From assembly GCA_963726575.1 (NCBI GenBank), contig CAVSCR010000003.1, positions 226,518-290,517 of the forward strand: a stretch of 64,000 nucleotides of DNA, read 5' to 3'. The notes below the pieces were generated by a model, which was not told the origin of the DNA, made no database searches, and saw only the letters and a program-made list of their open reading frames with translations. Origin of the DNA: an uncultured Actinomycetota bacterium. Lineage in GTDB: Bacteria; Actinomycetota; Actinomycetes; JAHEKZ01. A program made the position numbers and the translations under genes. The stretch's first letter is position 1, and every line of letters starts with the position of its first letter. Below, piece after piece: positions 57,603-64,000 of the stretch.

Positions 57603-59549
57603 CGCAGTCGCCGTCGCCGTCGACACGCCGATCCGGTCCAGCGACGGCTCGGCGAAGGCTTGATCGAGAGAGAAGGTCGTGACGTGACGTCCAGCAAGAC
57701 GTACTACGTCTTGGACATCCAAGGGGATCACAGCGACGAGCTGTGAGACGAGCACCTGATCCAGGCGAGCCCAGCACATCGGCGCCTGGGGTCCGACGGC
57801 GGCGGCGCACCTGGCGATGTCGTCGTTGACGCTGGGTAGCTTCTGGGGTGGATAGCCGAGCTTCACCAGCTCTCGTGACGGCGCCCCCAACAGGTCGCCG
57901 GTCCCGATGGAATCCGGGTAACGGAAAGGCACGAACATCGCGCCGGCGTCCGGGTAGTCGGTGAACCAGCCGTACACGCAGAGGGGCACGTGCTGCGTGA
58001 TGTCGAAGCAGGACGCGTCCGCCGAGACCTTTGCCGTGATGCCGAGACGAGCCAGCGCGTTCACCAGGGGCCGCGCCTGCGCCCGACTCTGGCTCATGGG
58101 TTCCCCGCCACCCGTGCCCGGCCACATCAAAGCCAGAGGCCCGCAAGCCGGGCCAGCACAGAGGCCACGCGAGTCGCCGTAGCGGGAAAGGCGCATCTGC
58201 GTGCGGGCCGCCGCCAGGTTTCCACTCGATGCTTGCCCGCCCAACCCGCGCCAGGCACCGAGCAGCGAGTTGTCCATGGGGTCAGGAACGAAATGTGTCG
58301 TTGGGGTCTTCTGCGACACCGGCGTGCCACCGGCTCCTCGCGCCGCGGCCGCACGGTCCAGCAGCAGCGCCAGCGCACGACGGACATGAACGTCGTCGAA
58401 CGGGGGCATCGCCAGGTTGAACGTGAGGAACTCGTTGCCGTTCGTGGGGACCCGCGTGACGCTGTTCTGGAGGTCGAGTCGCGCAAACTGATTCACGACG
58501 TGGGGCGGTGGGTTCTCTCCCATGACCGTGTCGAGGTCGCCCGAGAGCAGGGCCGGGTACGGATTCTGGTCGGCGTACGAGACGACGATCCGGTCCGGTA
58601 GCGCCAACCGGTTCGAATCGGTGCTGGGCGCCCACGAGGGGTTGCGGACCAGCGTCACCTGTCCGGTTTGGTCGAACCACCAGGCCGGCTTCAGGCCGCT
58701 GGCAGGGCTCTGTCCGGATGCGGGGGCGCTGTAGTCGATCGTGTCGGCGCCTTCGATCATGTAGGGCCCGGTTGCGGACAGGAACGGCCCGTAGCCCAGC
58801 GATGCGGGTTTCGCGCCCGGCGAGCCGCCGGCTCTGGCGTTGACGTAGTCGTTGATGGGTCCGCCGTCGTGGCCGGTTGCCACCCCCAGCAGCGCATCGG
58901 GACGCGTCGGGCTGGGTGGGATCGGCGACGCCAGCGGCTCGGCGAGCAGGAACAGGATCGATCGGTCGGGCCTGGTCTCCCTGATCTGCACCGTGTAGGG
59001 GTCCGGGGTCGTGACGCCGGAGATCGAGTCGGTCCCGCCCGACAGGAACTCCTGGTAGCCCTCGATCAACGGGAGGTAGGAGGCGCCGGGTCCTCCGTGG
59101 TTTCCAGCGGAGTCCTCCGTTCCCCGCGCGGTGCGGTCCAGCCCCCGGACAAAGTCAGGCGCCGTCACCTCGACGTTCTGCAGCGGCGGCGCGTAATGGA
59201 TCCCGTGCTTGAGGTGGAAGGTCCAGGTGCGGCCGTCGGCGGACACAGTCGGCGGCCCGCTCGCCAGATCCGGCACCGGCTGTGTGCCGGTGAAGCCAGG
59301 GGTGCCGGGGAAGGTCATGAGGGTGCGCGTCAGGCAACATCTGAGCAGCTCCAGCTCCGGAGCCGTGAACGCCATCTGGGGGTCCAAGCCAAAGTACATC
59401 GGTGTCGCCGTCGCGACCCGCAACGTGCCGCCGGCACCGGAAGGCAGCGAGTCCGACGGCGACGAAGACGACGGCCCGGCACACCCGACGAGCAACAACG
59501 CAAGGACAGTCGCCGCGCCGGTGGCCGTTCGCAGAGCGTGTCCCGTCAT
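57594..59549 (-). CDS. orphan ABC-type solute-binding lipoprotein, family 5 (peptide/nickel/opine class); paralog 1
   Basis: Lipobox LLLVGC, then [18 protein letters not shown], typical of the SBP_bac_5 N-terminus; 651 aa. About 70% identical over long stretches to the gene at 61225..63168. No permease or ATPase genes are adjacent. Confidence 0.85.
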   Translation of the reverse strand: MTGHALRTATGAATVLALLLVGCAGPSSSSPSDSLPSGAGGTLRVATATPMYFGLDPQMAFTAPELELLRCCLTRTLMTFPGTPGFTGTQPVPDLASGPPTVSADGRTWTFHLKHGIHYAPPLQNVEVTAPDFVRGLDRTARGTEDSAGNHGGPGASYLPLIEGYQEFLSGGTDSISGVTTPDPYTVQIRETRPDRSILFLLAEPLASPIPPSPTRPDALLGVATGHDGGPINDYVNARAGGSPGAKPASLGYGPFLSATGPYMIEGADTIDYSAPASGQSPASGLKPAWWFDQTGQVTLVRNPSWAPSTDSNRLALPDRIVVSYADQNPYPALLSGDLDTVMGENPPPHVVNQFARLDLQNSVTRVPTNGNEFLTFNLAMPPFDDVHVRRALALLLDRAAAARGAGGTPVSQKTPTTHFVPDPMDNSLLGAWRGLGGQASSGNLAAARTQMRLSRYGDSRGLCAGPACGPLALMWPGTGGGEPMSQSRAQARPLVNALARLGITAKVSADASCFDITQHVPLCVYGWFTDYPDAGAMFVPFRYPDSIGTGDLLGAPSRELVKLGYPPQKLPSVNDDIARCAAAVGPQAPMCWARLDQVLVSQLVAVIPLDVQDVVRLAGRHVTTFSLDQAFAEPSLDRIGVSTATATASP

Positions 59550-59556
59550 GGCGACG

Positions 59557-61224
59557 TCAAGGCCCGCTGGTCCCGACGGCCACCCACACGGTGCCGTCGC
59601 TGGTTCGGCTCAAAGCGACGGGCAGGCCACCAACTGGCAGCGTGGCCATGACGGACCCGTCGCTCGGATCGAGCGCCACGACGGTCTGGGACACAGTGCA
59701 GGCGATCCAGATCCGGTCGGCGAGCGCGGCCACGGCACCTGGGCCGTCGCACGCGCTGCCGAGGTCGAGATTCAACACGGGGGCACCCATCGCTGACAGA
59801 TGGTTCACGGCATCTGTCGAGTCGCTGACCACCCAGACGGAACCGTCGGGGGCCACACTCAGCGCGGTGGGCACGTTGGTGCCGAGCCGAAACGGGTGGG
59901 GGTGGCCACGGCCGTCCGCGGACACCTTGTACACCTCGGGCAGGCGCCCGGCGGCCACCCACACGGTGCCGTCGGCGGCCATGTCGAGGGCGACGGGGCC
60001 GGAGCCGTCGGGCAACTTGACGTGGGTAGTGGCGCGGGTGGTGGTGTCGTAGCGCACCAGCACCGACTCCGGCGGGTTGGCCACCCACACGGTGTCGGCG
60101 TTGGCGGCGACCGGATAGCTGTCGCTGGGCACCTCGAACGGGGCTTGAGCCAAGCCGCTCTGGGCCGACGTCACTACCCGAAGCCGGTCACCTGGCGCTG
60201 AGCCGAATCCGAACGACACCCACAACGTGCCGCCCGAGAGAGCCAGACCGGTCGGCCCGCTCGCAGTGCCGAGCGTGTGCGCCACCTCGCCGGTGTCGGT
60301 GTCGAGCTGGCTGAGGTTGTTGTTGCTGACGTCGCCCAACCACACGGTCGATCCCTCTGCGACCAGGACACTCGGGACCACCCCGGAGGACAGTGGATCT
60401 GACGTCGCAAAGACCTGTGTACCGGGGTCGATCCTGGCCACGGAGTTCGCTGGCGGCTCTGCTTGCGCCGAGCGGGTCGTGACCACCACAACCGCTGCCC
60501 CGGCGACGAGAACCACGCCGGCTGCCGCCGCCGCGATCGGCCATCGGCGACGACCGCCGGACTCCACCTCTACGGCCTCGCGTCGGGCTCGCGCCTCGTC
60601 GTCCCCCAACGGAAGCGGTCGCGGCAAGCCATCGACGGCCGTGACGGCGAAGACCCGCCAGGTTCCTTCGACGCCCTTGAGCTGATGCTGTCCCCGGTCG
60701 TCCAGCTCGAAGCCGCCGCCGCGGGTGAGCTCCGCCGCCGTGCTCGAGATCAGAACCTCGCCGGCATCTGCCAACGACATGATCCGCGAGCCGACGACGA
60801 CCGTGATCCCGCCGAGCTTCTTGCCGATCCGCTCGCACTCGCCGAAGTGCACGCCGGCTCGCAGCCCCAGTCCGAGCTCGCGCACGGCGTCGGCAGCGGC
60901 GCAGGCGCACGAGATGGCAGAGGCGGGCTCCCGGAAGCTGGCGAAGAAGCCGTCGCCGGCGGTGTCGAGCTCGCGCCCACCGAACCGCTTCAGCTCACGA
61001 CGCACGGCGGCATGGTGCTGGTTGACCAGGGCCTTCCAGCGCCGGTCCCCCAGCTCTTCGGCGATCGTCGTGGAGGAGACCAGGTCCGTGAACAGCACGG
61101 CACTGAGCACACGCTCCGACGGGGCGGCCACCGCGCCAGTCTGATCACCCCGGCCCGCCGCGTAAAGCGACATTGCACAACTGATGGGCAGCGCAGTCTG
61201 GTCGTCGCTAGGGCAGCTGGCCAT
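59557..61224 (-). CDS. class III adenylate/guanylate cyclase with unusual topology: N-terminal cytoplasmic cyclase domain, single TM, C-terminal extracellular Vgb/NHL-like beta-propeller
   Basis: Cyclase homology domain motifs VLFTDLVSST, DTAGDGFFASF and AGVHFGE. TM WPIAAAAAGVVLVAGAAVVVV. Six to seven blades such as SGPTGLALSGGTLWVSF and SGPVALDMAADGTVWVAAG. The ATG at 61224 abuts the TAG of the upstream SBP gene; the alternative start is M18 (61173). Confidence 0.8.
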   Translation of the reverse strand: MASCPSDDQTALPISCAMSLYAAGRGDQTGAVAAPSERVLSAVLFTDLVSSTTIAEELGDRRWKALVNQHHAAVRRELKRFGGRELDTAGDGFFASFREPASAISCACAAADAVRELGLGLRAGVHFGECERIGKKLGGITVVVGSRIMSLADAGEVLISSTAAELTRGGGFELDDRGQHQLKGVEGTWRVFAVTAVDGLPRPLPLGDDEARARREAVEVESGGRRRWPIAAAAAGVVLVAGAAVVVVTTRSAQAEPPANSVARIDPGTQVFATSDPLSSGVVPSVLVAEGSTVWLGDVSNNNLSQLDTDTGEVAHTLGTASGPTGLALSGGTLWVSFGFGSAPGDRLRVVTSAQSGLAQAPFEVPSDSYPVAANADTVWVANPPESVLVRYDTTTRATTHVKLPDGSGPVALDMAADGTVWVAAGRLPEVYKVSADGRGHPHPFRLGTNVPTALSVAPDGSVWVVSDSTDAVNHLSAMGAPVLNLDLGSACDGPGAVAALADRIWIACTVSQTVVALDPSDGSVMATLPVGGLPVALSRTSDGTVWVAVGTSGP

Positions 61225-63168
61225 CTAGGGAGACGACGTGCTCACCGCCAGGCGGTCCAGGGAGGGCTCGGTGAACGCCTGGTCCATCGAGAACGCCGTA
61301 ACATTGGGGCCGGCCAGCCGGATGACGTCTAGCGTGTCGAGGGGGATGACGGCGACATACTGCGACACGACGACCTGGTCGAGGCGGGCCCAACACAGCG
61401 GGGCCTGCGGACCCACCGCAGCCTGACATCGTGCGAAGGAGGCGTTGATGCTGGGCAACCGTTGCCTGCGGTAACCCCGCTTCGCGAGCTCGTCGGGCGG
61501 AGTGCCCATCATGCCACCAAACAAGGCCGATTCCGGGTAGTGGAAGTACACCAGCATCGCGTCCGGGGCTGGGTAGTCGGGACCCCAGCCGGTGACACAG
61601 AGCTGGATCCGCTGAGTGGGGCGGGTGCAATCGGCCTTCTTGGTCACCCTCCCGGTGATGCCCAACTGCGCAAGGGTCGCGACCAGCGGGCGCGCTTGGG
61701 CTCGACGCAGCGACAACGGTTCATGTCCTAATTCGCCGCTGGGCCACATGATCGGGAACGGACCACAGGCCGGCCCGGAGCATCGCCCCTGTGGATCGCC
61801 GTAGCGCGACATCCGCATCTGCGCCCTTGCCAGGGCAAGCCGACCGGTGGCGGCGGCGCCGCCCAGCGCATCCCAGCTGGTGAGGAAGGAGTTCTCCAGG
61901 GGATCGGGCACGAAGTGTGTGGCAGGGCTGGTCTGCGAAGGAGGCCACTCGATCATGCCCCGCGCCACTGCCGGCCGATTCAGCAAGATGGCGAGCGCGC
62001 GTCGCACGTGGATGTCGTCGAAGGGTGGCAGGGCCAAGTTGAACAGGACGAACCGGGTGGCGTTCAGCGAGACTCGAAACGCCCGGCTCTGCAGCCCCAA
62101 CCGGTCGTAGCGGCTGATGACCTGAGGCGGTGGGTTGTCGCCCATCACGGTGTCGAGAGCGCCGGAAGCCAGCGCAGCGTAAGAAGCCAGGGCAGCGGAA
62201 GGCCTCGAACCCGAGAAGGACAAGACGATTCGGTCCGGCAGCGCGGGTCGGTTCGGATCCGTGCTGGCCCTCCACGACGGGTTGCGCACCAGTGTGACGC
62301 CGCCGACTTGGTTATTCGACCAGGCGAGCCGCAATCCGCTCGGTGGGACCTGCTGCGACGGTGCCGCCGAGTAGTCGATCTGGTCGGCCCCCTCGAACAT
62401 GTAGGGGCCGGTCGCAGCGAGGTACGGCCCGTATCCGATCGAGGTCGGCGGTGCCAGGTCGACCCCGTGTCCCGTCGCCACCCCCAGCGGGGCAGCCGGG
62501 TCGGTCGGGCTGGGGGGGATCGGGGCCGAGAAGGGCTCGGCGAACAAGGACCTGATCGACTGGTCGGGACGAACCTCGCGGACCTGCAAGGTGTATCGGT
62601 CTGGGGTGGTGACCCCGGAGATCGAGTCGGTCGCACCTGCCAGGAACTCCTGGTAGCCCTCGATCCTGGTCAGGTACAGCGCGCCCATTGAAGGCGGATC
62701 TCCGCGGGCGGTGGTGGTCCCCTTTGCGGAACGCATGAGCGCACGAACGAAGTCGGGCGCGGTCACTTCGACGTTCTGCAGCGGTGGCGCGTAGTGGATC
62801 CCGTGGCGCAGATGAAAGGTCCAGGTGCGACCGTCCGTTGACACCATGGGAGGGGCGTCGGCCAGGTCGGGCACCGGTTGGGTACCGGCGAAACCCGACA
62901 GTCCCGGGAATGCCATCAGCGTGCGGACCAGACAGCAGCGCAACACCTCCAGCTCGATCGGGTCCCAGGTCGTCTGCGGGTCGAAGCCGTTGAACATGGG
63001 CGCCAACATTGCGGCGCGCACGGTTCCGCCTGACGCCACCTGTCCGACCGACGCGGACGAGGCTGACGGCCGGCTGCCCGAATGGCTCGAGCATCCGCCC
63101 AGCACCACGACAGACACGACCAGCGCCACGACCGCAGGTCGCACAGGTACGCGGCGGCGGCGAATCAT
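61225..63168 (-). CDS. orphan ABC-type solute-binding lipoprotein, family 5; paralog 2
   Basis: Lipobox VVLGGC and GGTVRAAMLAPMFNGFDP. Shares long near-identical blocks with paralog 1 (TWTFHL[KR][26 protein letters not shown][TV]RTLM). 647 aa. Confidence 0.85.
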   Translation of the reverse strand: MIRRRRVPVRPAVVALVVSVVVLGGCSSHSGSRPSASSASVGQVASGGTVRAAMLAPMFNGFDPQTTWDPIELEVLRCCLVRTLMAFPGLSGFAGTQPVPDLADAPPMVSTDGRTWTFHLRHGIHYAPPLQNVEVTAPDFVRALMRSAKGTTTARGDPPSMGALYLTRIEGYQEFLAGATDSISGVTTPDRYTLQVREVRPDQSIRSLFAEPFSAPIPPSPTDPAAPLGVATGHGVDLAPPTSIGYGPYLAATGPYMFEGADQIDYSAAPSQQVPPSGLRLAWSNNQVGGVTLVRNPSWRASTDPNRPALPDRIVLSFSGSRPSAALASYAALASGALDTVMGDNPPPQVISRYDRLGLQSRAFRVSLNATRFVLFNLALPPFDDIHVRRALAILLNRPAVARGMIEWPPSQTSPATHFVPDPLENSFLTSWDALGGAAATGRLALARAQMRMSRYGDPQGRCSGPACGPFPIMWPSGELGHEPLSLRRAQARPLVATLAQLGITGRVTKKADCTRPTQRIQLCVTGWGPDYPAPDAMLVYFHYPESALFGGMMGTPPDELAKRGYRRQRLPSINASFARCQAAVGPQAPLCWARLDQVVVSQYVAVIPLDTLDVIRLAGPNVTAFSMDQAFTEPSLDRLAVSTSSP

Positions 63169-63318
63169 CTGCTGTCAGATCCGACCATGGCGCCAGTGTG
63201 ATCAACCGCGGCGCCCGCGTATAGAGCGAGTCGGCACAGGTACCCGGCCGGGACGTCCGACCCTGGCGCGGTCTCACTCCCCGTCGCACGCTTGAAGCAG
63301 ACGCCGAGGAGGTGGGCC

Positions 63319-63903
63319 ATGCACACGCTGATCGTGTACGAGTCGATGTACGGAAACACCCACGAGATCGCCGACCACATCGCCGACGGGCTCCGGCCGC
63401 ACGGCGAGGTCCATGTGGTCCCGGTCGCCGATGCCACACCCGATCAGGTGACCTGGGCCGACCTGGTGGTCGTCGGCGGCCCGACGCACGCGCACTCGAT
63501 GACCTCGACGAACTCCCGCAAAGGCGCGGCCGACGCCGTCGCCAAGCCCAGCAACACGCTGACCCTCGACCCGAATGCCGACGGCCCGGGACTGCGCAAC
63601 TGGTTCAGCACCATTCCCACCGGCACCAAGAAGCGGGCGGCGGCGTTCGACACCCGCATCGACATGGCTGCGGTGCTCACCGGTCGCGCCTCGCGAGGGA
63701 TCAAGAGCCGGCTGGCCAAGCACGGCTACACCATGGTCGCCGACGCCGAGAGCTTCCTGGTGGACAAGCACTCTCACCTGGTGGCGGGCGAGGCGGAGCG
63801 CGCGCAGAAGTGGGGCTCGCACCTGGCGCAGTCCTACGAGTGGCCACCGGTCAAGGACGAGCCTGGCTTCCACGAAGGTCTTGGACGCACACCCTGCCCC
63901 TGA
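63319..63903 (+). CDS. flavodoxin-like fold protein
   Basis: MHTLIVYESMYGNTHEIADHIADGL... (flavodoxin FMN-binding N-terminus). Start taken at M10 of the track ORF. Confidence 0.65.
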   Translation: MHTLIVYESMYGNTHEIADHIADGLRPHGEVHVVPVADATPDQVTWADLVVVGGPTHAHSMTSTNSRKGAADAVAKPSNTLTLDPNADGPGLRNWFSTIPTGTKKRAAAFDTRIDMAAVLTGRASRGIKSRLAKHGYTMVADAESFLVDKHSHLVAGEAERAQKWGSHLAQSYEWPPVKDEPGFHEGLGRTPCP

Positions 63904-64000
63904 CGAGTAGCGTGCGGCGACGTGGACTCTCGCTTGCGCGCGATCTGTGACCTGTCGCTCCCGCTGATGCGTGAGGGCGCCGGTCGTCACGAATACGACG

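Overview
This 64 kb window is high-GC (about 70%), densely packed chromosomal DNA from an actinobacterium (Actinomycetota). Gene order matches the Mycobacterium tuberculosis Rv2975-Rv3030 neighbourhood: rpmB/thiL, ddl-gpsA-fbiD, hupB-leuDC-ltbR, gltX with tRNA-Gln and tRNA-Glu, leuB-ilvE-cimA, serA, ilvCNB-ilvD, gatCAB, ligA, mnmA-iscS and etfBA. Almost all of the window is coding and minus-strand operons dominate. There is no CRISPR array, IS element or prophage, and the only rRNA/tRNA genes are the two tRNAs.

Features beyond the conserved backbone:
- A tight three-gene operon encodes two paralogous orphan family-5 solute-binding lipoproteins flanking a membrane adenylate cyclase that has an extracellular beta-propeller. 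A methyl-accepting chemotaxis protein (MCP) lies beside it. This is the best candidate for an undescribed signalling system in the window.
- Two paralogous polytopic-membrane GGDEF and GGDEF-EAL genes sit in tandem between gatC and ligA.
- A roughly 1000-aa secreted repeat protein (beta-propeller-type repeats plus Ig-like modules) lies between serA and ilvC.
- Two attenuator-like leaders are present. One upstream of cimA encodes MRPLIIIG; one upstream of ilvB encodes [13 protein letters not shown]. Each is followed by a hairpin and a U-run.
- fbiD/cofC carries an apparent +1 frameshift.
- Two genes lack an ATG/GTG/TTG start and instead overlap the upstream stop as CTGA. Several other gene pairs share GTGA/ATGA stop-start overlaps.
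- A DUF222 HNH endonuclease (mycobacterial 13E12-repeat type) follows fbiD.
- ligA carries an internal insertion of about 40 aa.

Line-to-coordinate mapping in the supplied text drifts by +/-1 nt in places. Coordinates for features not taken from the ORF track are therefore accurate to +/-2 nt.
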